Shown piece after piece: positions 1 to 14,100 of a stretch of 64,000 nucleotides of DNA. A program made the translations under genes and the position numbers. The stretch covers positions 45,124,894 to 45,188,893 of the forward strand of contig NC_057718.1 of assembly GCF_004010195.1 (NCBI RefSeq). The letters are read 5' to 3'. Source of the DNA: Chiloscyllium plagiosum (lineage: Eukaryota). The notes beneath the pieces were generated by a model. The model was not told where the DNA came from and ran no database searches. It saw nothing but the letters and a program-made list of their open reading frames with translations. How positions within the stretch are numbered: the stretch's first letter is position 1; every line of letters begins with the position of its first letter.

Positions 1-1283
1 GGCATGATCCTTTTTTGAGTTTTCTGCTCCATTGATTCCGTTGTCTTTCTTGACTTCTCTTGTTCTAACTTTCCCTTTAACTTCCTTCTTAAACTTCCAG
101 TTTGTTCCCCCCCCCCCCCCCCCGCCATTTAGTTTAAATGCAGCAATGTTGCAGTGGCAAACCTACCTGCCAGAATGTTGGTCCCCCACCTATTAAGGTG
201 CAACCTGTCCCTCTTGTATAATTTATCCTTACCGCTAAACATAACCCAGTGATCCAAGAATTTAAATCTTTGCTTCCCGCACCAGTTCCCCAGCCATACA
301 TTAAAGTCCATTATTTTCCTGTTCCTGTCCACTCCAGCCCGAGAAACTGGAAGCAAACCGGAGATAACCACCCTGGATGTCCTGCTTTACAGCCTTCTTC
401 CGTGTTCTCCGAAGTCCCGCTGTAGAATACCCCTCCTCTTCTTCCCAACGTCATTTGTGCCGACATGCACCACCACATCTGGCTCTTCACCTTCGCCCTT
501 GAGGATTTCCTGCACTCTGTCTGCGATGTCCTTAATCCTGGCACCAGGAAGGCAACACACCATCCTCGAATTCCGCGTGTTGCCGCAGAAACCCCTTTAA
601 GTCCCTCTCACTATGGAGTCCCCTATTACCACGGCTCTGTGTGATGTCTGACTCCTTGGCTCTGCCTCCACGTCGATTTCTGAATGGCAGACCTGACCGC
701 CTCTCGGACTGGCAGTGACGCCTGTCTCTACAGTTTCCAAGAGATTCAACCTGTTCCTGACAGGTACTTCCCCCAGGGTCTCTTGCACTTGTCTCATCTC
801 TGCCTTCCTCATCGTCTTCTCCCTTCTACTCTCTCCTGGTATGCTCGGTGTAAAAACCTCGCCGAAGGTCCTGTCCAGAAAGATCTCGTTCTCTCAGATG
901 AGCCTGAAGTCATCTACTTTCTTCAGTGCTGCAATATGCTCTGTCAGAAACTGAACGTGTACACATTTTCCACAGTTATACGAGCCAGCTACACCAGAGT
1001 CCCTGACCTCCCACATCATGCACGCAGTACACTGAATCAGCTTGGCAGTCATGTCTTCACCCTCTTCAACTGTGGCATAATCACTTCTCTCAATTTCTTT
1101 GTCGAAGACTCCTGAGCCAAAGACTCGCTCTTTTCTCAACAGAAACTTCCCTCGACCCCCAAGTTTGTTGCAAGTCTGTGGACCTGGGGCCTAGAACACA
1201 CCTACTTAAATAACACTCACCCACCTTCCTAACAGCCTCTGCGCTCTGACTTCACTTCCGCCCAGGTCTCACCACTCTCTGCT
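1..1283 (-). mobile_element. CR1-clade LINE, 5' portion with disrupted ORF1 (zinc-finger/coiled-coil plus SGNH esterase); continues off the left end
   Basis: ORF fragments in different frames: CTACMMWEV...CGKC, RAVVIGDSIVRGT (GDS motif), LYKRDRLHLNRWGTNILA (DxxH-like motif). Confidence 0.85.
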
Positions 1284-1963
1284 GCAAAATTGTGATGGAT
1301 AAATAGTGACAAGGAAACAGGGAAAGCTTGCATACACTTCTGCAAATAATTCCAACTATTGTTTATCTCTGCATACTCAGCCAATGGACCTTGATGTGAC
1401 ATCTCTTCAAAAATATGGCCCCTCCAAAATTAAAGCGTTCATTCCACCCTCTGCCGAGGTGCAAAGATGGATTATGTACTCCTCTAAACTGATTTTAAAC
1501 TCACCAACCTCTGTCTCTGAACTGAGACTGCTACAATTGAAGCATGACAGGCAACGTACACATCTGGGTGCTTGAAAACAGAGCAATTAAATATTGGAAT
1601 AGTCAGAGGGCAATAAGAAAGAGAAAAAGGTTTCATAATGTTGACTGTCATATTAGAGGAGAGTAGTGCAAATATTTGCATATAAAAGGAATTTGTATTA
1701 TGCTTGAGATCATATTAAACATAACTAAAGACACAAATAACCGGCCATTCATCACATTACATGTACTAGGCCTTTACCAGTTCCTTTTGTCATGCAACAG
1801 TCATTACATTCTAAAGTTAATTCACCATATTATGTGAAACCTGGTTAATGTCAATCCGTGTATTCTGCAAGATTCCCAATTCTACACACAAAACTAATTA
1901 TTTAATTTTTGTCTTAGTGCTGGATGAATCTGTTATCAGTCCCGGTTAGGTACAGTATATTAC

Positions 1964-2137
1964 CTGATCTTGTAAACCTTTAAGCACAGCTTGATGCTCT
2001 TCCTGGATGCACTTTAATCTGTGTTTATGTTCATCTAGATCCTTCTTGAGGACATCAGTGATCTGAAGTTCATTTTGAAAATATCCAACATCCTTTTCTA
2101 ACTTGTTTTTTTCTGATTGAGAAATTTCTAGCTGCAA
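1964..2137 (-). CDS. CENPF: CENPF exon 15-like, copy 3, 174 nt
   Basis: aattttag|TTG and CAG|gtaata; ORF 1946..2137. Confidence 0.8.
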
Positions 2138-5100
2138 CTAAAATTAAAGGCAATTTTTAAAATGGAGACAAACACATCTAAAATATTACTTCTATTGCTA
2201 TTTTTTCATTCTTGTATTGAATCTTTTACTGACTTTTCAAGGAATCAATGAATAATTAGCCTCCATTTGCCTCCATTACAAAAAAAAAGAAATGATGTTC
2301 TGGTTAGATTCAAGACTGCAGTCACAACTAATTTCTTAATACCAGGAAGTGTAGGTGGCTAAGTTATCGTAAAAATAGTGTCTTTTTTAACTTTACAAAA
2401 CCCATTCCTACAATCAATACTGCTGTTTTTTCGTAAATATTTACTTTGGTCACAGTTTTATAGATAAATACCAAATTGCTTGCACTAAAAAAAATCCAAA
2501 CTTATACTTTATCACATTGGTGAAAACTTTGATTTTTGCTGGAATTTTATGATACTGAACCTTAAAACTTTCTGTCTGACTTCTAAACTCTTCAAATTGT
2601 GCAGAAATCAAGTTCTTCTCCACATCATATTCCTGCTGCATTTTCAGAATCTTTTCATTGGCTATAGTTAAGTCATCCTGCAGTTTACGATTATTTTCTG
2701 TCCGATCATTTACCTGAAAGATAGCCATTTTATTGATTACTAAACATTACAGTTGTTTGATCATTTTACCAAGTGCCAATATCTTGTCATGCATTTAATG
2801 TGACAATATCAAAAGTTACTGTGGAAAAAAAAGTTTCATTTATAATATAAACATAATTGCTTTAAGACACATTTGATAACAGTGGTCCAGATTTTGCAGC
2901 CACATTAGTGAAATACATTAGCTAGTTGGCTAGAGACTCTCTAGTTCCAGCAGTGCCAGGACACAGTAGTGACCACTGGAGTAAGTACTAGAAGTTCACT
3001 TAAAACTGAATACGTCTTTGACTTTAGGCATTACGAATTCATATTTCCATCACTAATACAAATGTAATGCCAAGTCAGGGACAGCTCCAGGTGATACGGA
3101 CATCAATTAAATAGCGTGAATAGTCAACCACATGGAAATTCTCATAGATAATAAAGCTGACAGTAAAATTCATTTGTAATGCCCTCTCAATGATGTTTAC
3201 AGAAAGCAAAAATACACATTGGAAGCTGAAATACTGGGAAATATTTTATGTTCCGTCACCAGCATATATGAAGTTTAAGAATGAATTTACATAAAATAAA
3301 GCAGCCGGTCAACGCATAACCTTGCTACACATGCTTGACCCGTCTCCCATATGACCATGGGTGGGAAAGTGACCACTTCAAAACCTCATTCCACCTCTGT
3401 GGCTGTGAAGTATGCACCTGGGGAACAATCAGCCAGTCTAACAGCGGGTAGGAAGGGGGAATACTACCTCTTCTGGTAAAACTCCATGGCTAGCAGGGAC
3501 ATCCCTGCACTCTCAAGATGATAAATTCTCATGTCATTAAGGTCACCACCAAGCAGTATTACACTACAGGGAAGCCAGATTTGAAGTCAGCGAGGTGCCA
3601 ACCAATTTTTCAAACGGCATGAAAGGAATATTTTCCCCTACAAATTCATCCATTATTAATACACTTATATTATTTATAGTACACAAATATAAAATTAATT
3701 TTCAATGGGCCAAGTGGTTGTTCAATAATAGTTACGAATATGTATGCTATTAAATATACAGTTGCATATTATTAGCAAATCACTACCTTTTTCAGACTTT
3801 AACAATAACATTACACAGGAAAAGGGAAGTCCTCATCCTTTCAGTGATTTGTAAAAAAAAATTGTACTGAGTGCTCCAACAACATACAGGAGCAGGCAAT
3901 CACTTGACAGCAGCTTTTGGATTTTCGTGTTGAATTGCATATATCTGAAGACCAACATTGAATAATGATGAACACCAACTCTTTCACCATTATTAAATTA
4001 CTTTATCTCGGAATATAGTCTGGTAGCCGTTCAAAGATCCTTATGTGTAACCAGGTATATAGATACATAGGGAGTAGGTTTGCTCGCTGAGCTGTAGGTT
4101 TGATATCCAGACGTTTCATTACCTGGCTAGGTAACATCATCAGTGGCGACATCCAAGTGAAGTGAAGCTGTTGTCTCCTGCTTTCTATTTATATGTTTGT
4201 CCTGGATGGGGTTCCTGAGGTTTGTGGTGATGTCATTTCCTGTTCGTTTTCTGAGGGGTTGATAGACGGTATCTCGATCTGTGTGTTTGTTTATGGCGTT
4301 GTGGTTGGAGCGCCAGGCCTCTAGGAATTCTCTGGCATGTCTTATATAGATACATTTACAGTATTTACACTGTCATGTTTACCTGATGTTTATGAAATCA
4401 GTGACAGCACTATTTTGCCACCTACATTTAAAAAAAACCAAAGCCAAAAACTGGAAATTTTGTATGAAGTATACAAAAATCAAGAAATACTAAATATTAA
4501 GCCAAGGAACAAGAAATGGCCTTCTGCACTTGACAAAACACCATCTATCATTGGTAGAAAAAAAATCAAGCCTTCTCTCAAAGTTTTTATTCATTATGAT
4601 ATTATGTTAATCTTCCCTTTAGGCTGCAAGGACCTCTTATCTCATTCTGGAACAAATAGGCTGTGTGTGACCAGTGTTCCCTTTGAGATGCATACATGTA
4701 TGGAGATACAGCAAAGAACTGCACAATGCAACAAATGTGCCCCAAAACAAAGAGAGACATTTGGGACAACATTCCTGGTAAAGTCAGCATTTATTACCCG
4801 TCCCCATATGCCTGTAAATGGGTGACTTGCTATACCACTTCAAAGGGCAGTTTAAAGCCAACCAAAGTGCAGTAGGTCTGAAGTCACATTCTGACCAGAT
4901 CACAAAAGGTGGCTTTCCTTTCCTAGTATAGGATATAACATATCTTTTTAGGGAAGTCCTGTAGTTATGTGCGCACTATTACTGGTACTACTTTTAAAAT
5001 TCCAGGTTCCTTTCTAATTGAAGCAAAACCCACGGTAGGGTTTGAATTCAATTCGCCCAATCATTAGTCTGGACCACTGGACTTTTGATATGGTAGCAAA

Positions 5101-8100
5101 ACCACTCTGCTAGCAATTCCAATGACTTCTTCCTTAAAATTCTATTGCCACACCTCATTCTCTTTTTCAATACAGGTTTAAAATCCAAGGTGGTACTCTC
5201 CCATTTTCAGACAAAGTACAAAAGCAGATAAGTTTCGAGGAAGGAAACCTGCAATCTATGATTAAGAGAATGTTCACCATAGGAAAACCCATTAGATCTT
5301 CAAGAAATTGGGCTGTAAATTACTTGCTGTTGGTCTTTTTATTGGATTTAAGACCCATGTTGAGACTCTCCCGGCCACCAGCCAAACAGAGCAACACCAG
5401 AATTTGGCAGCATCATATCAGAGGCTGTGGCTGCTGCCAGTATAACAGCCCCTACACCCCCAGTTTAGGAAAAGGTGACATTACAGGGAAGTAATGGCCT
5501 AGTGGTATTACAACTATATTATTAATCCAGAGATCAGATAAGGTTCTGGAGACCTGGTTTCAAATCCTGCATGGACTATGACATAATCTGAATTCAATAA
5601 GAAAATCTAAATGAGAAAATCAATAAGAGTCTAAACTGTTGTCAAATGCCAGAAAAACCCATCTGGTTCACTAATGTCCTTTAGGGCCGAAACTGCAGTT
5701 TTAACCTGGTCTGACCTCCAGGTGACTTCAGACCCACAGCAATGTGGTTGACTCTCAACTGCCCTCTGTGCAATTAGGGACGGGCAATAAATGCTGTCCT
5801 AGCTAGTGATGCCCACGTCCCATGATTGAATAAAATCTTCTTGGTAGAGGCTGCAGTTACAGAGAGGCAAGGGATTGCTCTCATCAGCGAGCTGACCATG
5901 AAAAATGACATTTGGCCAATTTGACCATAAGATTGTGGGACTCCCTCCCACTTCTACACCCATAAATTTCCCACCCACCCATTCCAGTTAACCAAATGGA
6001 TAGAGTAACTCTTATTCATTCCGCCCGGAGCTGCCCAGGTAGGTCAAAATCCTTACAGTTTTTAATTGACAATTCAGGTTTTACTTGGTAAGAGGGCAAG
6101 AATGTGGGTATTAGGCCTTCCGGTTTAGCACTGAATTTAAACAAAGCTGGTGAGTTTTGGTCCATCACTATACCAGTTAATCAAGTTCCCTTCCTGCCTT
6201 AGCACCCAGAAGATTCTGCTCCAAGACTCAGGAGGAGTATGGCATATTTTTCTCTGTTTTAAAATGTGATTGCAGACACTACCTGGATAGAAGGCTAAGG
6301 GTTTCACCATATTGGCCAACATCTCATCTTATCAATCTCCAATGTCTCTGTTAAGCTTAGTAATGGGAATGCTTTGTATTTTTGAAGTATCTTGGGGCAT
6401 TTTCTTTATTAATGATGCTCTATCAAAGCAAATGTTCGACATTGCGATTACAATATTGGTCAGAGCATTTGCTCATGCCATTAATGTTTGCTTTGCTTAA
6501 TTTATGAATATATAAATCATTTCTGCTACGAACTTGCAATTACTTCATGAAAGTTTCCAATTATGACAACTAAATAACATTGAAACCATTGTAAATCTTT
6601 CAAAGGCAATGCAAACTTGTTAGCTGGAACACTATTTGTACTAATATTCCACTGCAACATTTTCACTGGGAGTCAGTACGTCAATAATGACGAGGTAAAC
6701 GTAAAGGACTGAAGTTACTACAAGTAGGTCAAGTGTCATTTTCGTCAAGTGTCATGGAAGCTTTCTCTACACGAGGCCGAGCAGGTTTTCTCACATGATT
6801 ACCCCAAACACACTTCATTAAGTACATGCTGCATCCCTATGGCATTCTTCGCATTCATGCTACCCAAATCTCTCACTCACCATAGGTACAAGTAGTCGCT
6901 ATTTAAGATCTCTTGCACTGGTGCCATTTTGAACAGCAGCCATGTCCCCAGTCAAATGCTGACAGCCTGGATTTGCCCTTCAGCACACATGCTGTGGGAC
7001 TGCATTGACAATCCAACATTTCTCAAGGCACATACGTGGCACAGCTGACAGTTCAGTGCAAAGACAATTGTACATTCCTACACTTGTTGCTGTTTCAGCA
7101 TCAAGTCATACAGTTTACCTGGCCTTTAGTGACAACCCATTTTACAAAATTATCTCGGTCAGTGCTACTCTTTCCCAATGCACAATCCCCAATGCTGCAC
7201 TGCAATGAAAGATGCCAGTGCACTTCAAAGTGCAGCACTGCAGTGCAGGTGCAAATTGTAAGTGGATCGGACATATAGGTCTATCTGCTCTAATGCAAAT
7301 TCGCTGTAGCAATTTACAAATTAGGGACAATGATTCTAAAACGCAAATTTTTTAAATGTGTTGGTTATAATGGATTACATCGGCAACACTTTAAGCACTG
7401 TTTCTAAGGCACAATTATTCTATAACGTGCAGTTGTACAAGAACACATCTAGAAAAACTATCTGTATGCCATGAAGATATAGAGAAGCTGGTACTTGATA
7501 GATTCAACTTTCCATGACCACAGAGTACTCATGGCACATACTCTCAGATGTTGGCGATTGAGGTCTAGAGGAAAAAGCGTAACCATTTGTGACATTCATG
7601 ACTGTCTAGTGTCTATACGGCAAATGGGTGAGATGCAATGATGAATTATGTACTCCTCTAAATTGATTTTAAACTAACTAATTTCTGTCTCCGAAGTAAG
7701 GCTGCTACAATTGAAGCATGACAGGCAACCTACACATTTGGGTACTTGAAATTGAGTAAATAAAAACCAGAATAGTCAGAGAGCAAAAAAAAGAGAAAAG
7801 GATTTCATAATGTTGACTCTCATCTGGGCAGAGAGTAGTGCAATTATTTGCATATAAATGGAAGTTGTATTATGCTTACGATCATCTTAAACATAACTAA
7901 AAACAGAAACAACCTGCCATCCATCCCATTACATATAATTGGCCTTTACTTGTACAAAATGGTTCCTTTTTGTCATGTGACAGTCATCACATTCTAAAGT
8001 TAATTCACCATATTATGTGAAACAAGGCTATAGACAGTTCTTGTATTTTGCAAGATTTCTAATACTAAACACAAAACTAATTATAGGCATGCCCTGCTTT

Positions 8101-11100
8101 TTGAAAGTTCATTTTACACCACTTTGCTTTTATGAAAGACCTACATGGGTACCTGTTTTTGCTAACCAAAAGAAATCCAAAGAGCATTTTCATTTTTACA
8201 CAAAAAAACAAAATTTATCCCATATAAATGAATGCTTCTTCGCGTTATGCCATTTCAGCTTACGAAAGGTTTCATAGGAATGATCTACTTTTGGATAATG
8301 GGGGATACCTGTATTTAGTTTTTGTCACAGTGCTGGATGAATCAGTTATCAGTCCCGGTTAGGTATAGTATATTACCTGATCTTGTAAACCTTTAAGCAC
8401 AGCTTGATGCTCTTCCTGGATGCACTTTAATCTGTGTTTATGTTCATCTAGATCCTTCTTGAGGACATCAGTGATCTGAAGTTCATTTTGAAAATATCCA
8501 ACATCCTTTTCTAACTTGTTTTTTTCCGATTGAGAAATTTCTAGCTGCAACTAAAATTAAAGGCAATTTTAAAAATGGAGACAAACACATCTAAAATATT
8601 ACTTCTATTACTATTTTTTCATTCTTGTATTGAATCTTTAACTGACATTTCAAGGAATTAATAAATAATTAGCCTCCACTTGCCTCTATTACAAAAAAAA
8701 ATGCTGTTCTTGTTAGATTCAAGACTGCAGTCACAACTAATTTCTTAATACCAGTGTAGCTGGCTGAGTTATCGTAAAAATAATGTCTTTTTTTTACTTT
8801 ATAAAACCCATTCCTACAATCAATACTGCTGTTATTTTGTAAATATTTACTTTGATCACAGTTTTGTGGACAAATGCCAAATTGCTTGCACTAAAAAAAA
8901 TCCAAACTTCTTATACTTTACTGTTGATCACATTGGTGATAACTTTGATTTTTGCAAATGTCAGATTGTTGGAATTTTATGATACTGAACCTTAAAACTT
9001 TCTGTCTGACTTCTAAACTCTTCAAGTTGTGCAGAAATCAAATTCTTCTCCACATCATATTCCTGCTGCATTTTCAGAATCTTTTCATTGGCTCTAGTTA
9101 AGTCATCCAGCAGTTTACGATTATTCTCTGTCAGATCATTTACCTGAAAGACAGCAATTTGGTTGATTACTAAACATTACAGTTGTTTGATTATTTTACC
9201 AAATGCCAAAATCTTGTCATGCATTTGATGTGACAATATCAAAAGTTACCATGGAAAAAAAAAGTTTCATGTATTATTAACATAATTGCTTTAAGACACA
9301 TTTGATAACAGTGGTCCAGATTTTGCAGCCAGCAATGTAGTGAAATACATTAGCTAGTTGGCTAGAGACTCTCTAGTTCCAGCAGTGCCAGAAACAGTAG
9401 TGACCACTGCAGTAAGTACTAGAGTTCACTGAAAACTGAATACGTCTTTTGACCGAAGTCATTATGAAGTTCATATTTTCCATCATTAATACAAATGTAA
9501 TGCCAAGTCAGGGACAACTCCAGGTGATACAGATATCAATTACACAGCTCGAATAGTCACCACATTGGGGGCAAAGTATTGGGGGCAAAGTACTAGTTTG
9601 GATTGAAAATTGGTTGGCTAATAGGAAACAAAGGGTAGTGATAAACGGCTCCATTTCGGAATGGCAGGCAGTGACCAGTGGGGTACCGCAGGGATCCGTG
9701 CTGGGACCACAGCTTTTTACAATATATGTTAATGATATAGAAGATGGTATCAGCAATAACATTAGCAAATTTGCTGATGATACAAAGCTGGGTGGCAGGG
9801 TGAAAAGTGATGAGGATGTTAGGAGATTACAGGGTGACCTGGACAAGTTAGGTGAGTGGGCAGATGCATGGCAGATGCAGTTTGATGTGGATAATTGTAT
9901 GGTTATCCACTTTGGTAGCAAGAACAGGAAGGCAGACTACTACCTCAATGGAATCAATTTATGTAAAGGGGCAGTACAGAGAGATCTGGCAAGCATGCAG
10001 GTACAGCAGGTAGTGAAGAAGGCTAATAGCATGCTGGCCTTCATAACAAGAGGAATTGAGTATAGAAGCAAAGAGGTGCTTCTGCAGCTGTACAGGGCCC
10101 TGGTGAGACCACACTTGGAGTACTGTGTGCAGTTCTGGTCTCCAAATTTGAGGAAAGATTTTCTGGCTATTGAGGGAGTGCAGCGTAGGTTCACGAGGTC
10201 AATTCCTGGAATGGCAAGATTANNNNNNNNNNNNNNNNNNNNNNNNNNNNNNNNNNNNNNNNNNNNNNNNNNNNTCTTCACCCAGAGAGTGGTGGTTGTG
10301 TGGAATGCTCTGCCACAGGGGGCAGTGGAGGCCCACACTCTGGATTCATTTAAGAAGGAGTTGGATAGAGCTCTCAAAGATAGTGCAATCAAGGGTTATG
10401 GAGATAAGGCAGGAACAGGATACTGATTAGGAATGATCAGCCATGATTATATTGAATGGCGGTGCAGGCTCGAAGGGCTGAATGGCCTACTCCTGCACCT
10501 ATTGCCTATTGTCTATTGTCACATGGAAATTCTCATGGATGATAAGGCATACACTAAAATTCATTCAAAATGCTCTCTCTATGAAGGTTACAAAAAGCAA
10601 TAACACATACTTGAAGCTGAAATATTACGATAAGTTTTATGTCCCGTCACCAGCATGTGAAGTTTTTGAGTGAAGTTACATAAAATAAAGCAGCTGGTCA
10701 ACGTATAACCCTGCTACACACACTTGTCCAGTCTCCCATATGACCATGGGTGGGGTACTAACCACTCCAAAACCTTATTCCACCTCTATGGCTGTGAAGT
10801 ATGCACCTGGGGAACAATCAGCCAGTCTAACAACGGGTAGGAAGGGGGAATACTACCTCTTCTAGTAAAACTCCATGGCTAGCAGGGACATCCCTGCACC
10901 CTCAAGATGATAAAATCTCAAGTCATTAAGGTCACCACCACAGCAGTATTACTGCAGGGAAGCCAGATTTGAAGTCAGCAAGGTGCCAAGCAATTTTTCA
11001 AACGGCATAAGAGGAATATTTTCCCCTATGAATTCACAGTATTATTAATAGATTTATATTATTGATAGTACACAAATATAAAATTAATTTTCAATGGGCC

Positions 11101-14100
11101 AAGTGGTTGTTCAATAATAGTTATGAATATGTATACTATTACACAGTTGCATATTATTAGCAAATTGCAACCTTTTTCAGATTTTAACAGTAACATTACA
11201 GAGGAAAAGGGAAGTCCTCATCCTTTCAGTGATTGTTAAAAAAAGTAATTATACTGTGAGTGCTTCAACAACATACAGGAGGAGAGAATCACTTGACAGT
11301 AGCTTTTGGATTTTCATGTTTAATTGCATATATCTGAAGACCAGCACTGAACAACAATGACCATTAACTTTTTCACCATTATTAAATTACGTTATCTCAG
11401 CAATATAGTCCTGCATCCCTTCAAAGCTCGTGCAATTTGGAATACATGTAAAGCCAATAGCTTACTTTCTGCCAACTATTGTCAAAAAAAAAGCTTAGCT
11501 TAAAAAGAGTAAAGATGTCTGTGTGGAGTTTGCACATTCTCGCCATGTCTGTGTGGGTTTCTTCTGAGTGCTCCGGCTCTTTCCTACAGTCCAGAGATGT
11601 GCAGGTTAGGTGAATTGGCCATTGTGTTCAGGGATATGCAGGTTAGGTACATTAGTCAGGGGAAATGTAAGGGATTAGTTCTGGGTGGATTACTCTTAGG
11701 AGGGTCAGTGTGGACTTGATGGGCCGACTGGCCTGTTTCCACACTGTAGGGATTCTATAGCTTACAGTTTTCACACTGTCATGTTTACCTGATTTTTATG
11801 AAATCAGTGACAGCACTATTTTGCCACCTACATTTAAAAAAAACCAAAGCCAAAAACTGGAAATTTTGTATGAAGTATACAAAAATCAAGAAATATTAAA
11901 TATTAAGTCAAGGGTCAAGAAATGGCCTTCTGCACTTGACAAAACACTCTCAATCGATCATTGGTAGAAAAAAAAAATCAGGCCTTCTCTCAGTTTTTAT
12001 TCATTCACAAGATATTATGTCAATCTTCCCTTTAGGCTGCAAGGATCTCATGTCTCATTCTGGAACAAATAGGCTGTGTGACCAATGTTCCCTTTGAGAT
12101 GCATACATGCATGGAGATACAGCAAAGAACTGCACAATGCAACAAATGTGCCCCAAAACGAAAAGAGACATTTGGGACAACATTCCTGATAAAGTCAGCA
12201 TTTATTACCCGTCCTCATATGCCTGTAAATGGGTGACGCTATATCACTTCAAAGGGCAGTTTAAAGCCAACCAAAATGCAGTAGGTCTGAAGTCACATTC
12301 TGACCAGATCACAAAAAGAGTGGCTGATTTCCTTTCCTGGAATAGCATATAGCATGTCTTTTTAGGAAAGTCCTGTAGTTATATGCGCACTATTACTGGT
12401 ACTACTTTTAAAATTCCAGGTTCCTTTCTAATTGAAGCAAATTCCCCAGTACCCACGGTAGGGTTTGAATTCAATTCTCCCTCCCATTTTCAGACAAAGT
12501 CCAAAAGCAGATAAGTTTCGAGGAAGGAAACCTGCAATCTATGATTAAGAGAATGTTCATCATAGGAAAACCCATCTTGGGAGTTCAGTTCGTTGTCACT
12601 GGGAATCAGTACATCAATAATGACGAGGCAAATATAAAGGAGTGAAATTTTACTACAAGTAGGTCAAGAGTCATTTTCATCAAGTTTCATGGATGCTTTC
12701 CCTCTAGGCCTAGCAGTTTTTTTCTCAGATGATTACCACAAATACACCTCATTATGTAAGTACTGCTAAGCAAATACTCACTCATTGGGATCCTTTGCAT
12801 TGGTGCCATTTTTGAACCACAGCCATGTCCCCAGTCAAATGCTGGTAGACTTGATTTGCCCTTCACCACATGCTGTGGGACTGCATCGACAATCCAACAT
12901 TTCTCATGCCACATACGTGGCATAGCTGACATATCACTGCACAATTATACATTCCTGCACTTGTTACTTTTTAAGCATCAATTCATAAAGTCACAGCCCA
13001 TCTTACAAAGTGATCTCAGACACTGCTACTCTTTCTCAATGCACAATCCCCAATGCTGCACTGCAATGAAAAATGCCAGTGCACTTCAAAGTGCAGCACT
13101 GCAGTGCAGGTGCAAACTGTAAGGGGATTGGACATTCTGCTATAAGTTGCATTCTGTTAACGCAAATTCGCTGTAGTGATTGACAAGTTGGGGACAATGT
13201 TCCTAAAGTGTGAACTTTTAAAATGTGTTAGCTGTGATGCAATTACATCGCCAACACTTTAAGCACTGGTTCTAAAGCACGATAATGCCGGGTTGGACAA
13301 GAACACAACCATCACAATGTAGAAAAACCACCTTTATGCTATGAAGATATAGAGAAGCTGGTACTTGATGGCTTCAGTTCTCCATGAACATAGAGTATTC
13401 ATGATGCGTACTCTGAGATTGATGTCCAAGATGGAGGTCCAGAGGAAAAAGCATACCCGTTGTGACATTCATGTCTGTCTAGTGTCTATATGGCAAATGG
13501 GAAAAAAGGAGACTGCATACTAATGAGGCATGATTACATAGTAAGGAGGGTGATAATCCACTCTTGCCCTTCACGAGTCAGAATCTTGTCTGGACATTCA
13601 GCATTTGGTTAGAAAATCTGACCTATTAGTCTCAAACTAAAAATCATCTCACTTAATTTTCTCAAATTTCTCACCAAATCTCACATCCTTCAGGGCCTGG
13701 AAAGATTCCACACAAATTGCATCAAAGATCTACAAAAATAAATCTTCCTTGTAAATTGATAAACGAAGTATGATAGGCTGCATACTCAGCCTCATAATTG
13801 TACTCCTTATACACTCATGAGTGTGGCCAAATTCAGCTCTAACTCCATTTTTAAATTTGTTGCTGACACCACCACGGTGGATTGGATCTCAAACAACGAC
13901 GAGCCAAACTACAGGAAAGAGATAGAAGAGTTTAGTGGAACGGTGTAAAGACAACAATCTCTCCCTCAATGTCAGTAAGGCGAAGGAGCTGGTCATCAAC
14001 TTCAAGAAACGGAGTGAAGGACACATCCAACAATATTGATGGTGATGATGTGAAGGTAGTCGAGAGCTTCAAGGTCCTAAAATATTATCAATAATCTGGC

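Larger units (their letters stand above)
1456..7628. repeat. Tandem segmental duplication, unit A (carries exon 14/15-like copy 3)
   Basis: Collinear with 7629..13500 from gaggtgcaaagatggattatgtactcc to gtctatacggcaaatggg. Confidence 0.9.
7629..13500. repeat. Tandem segmental duplication, unit B (carries exon 14/15-like copy 2)
   Basis: Begins gagatgcaatgatgaattatgtactcc directly after unit A ends; ends gtctatatggcaaatgg. Confidence 0.9.

Noticed and set aside
4337..4825. 162-aa plus ORF in unit A
   Set aside because: The paralogous region in unit B has indels breaking the frame; no recognisable motif.
2714..8376. Searched for an exon-16-like copy between modules 2 and 3
   Set aside because: None found by eye; the duplicated unit appears to contain only exons 14' and 15'.
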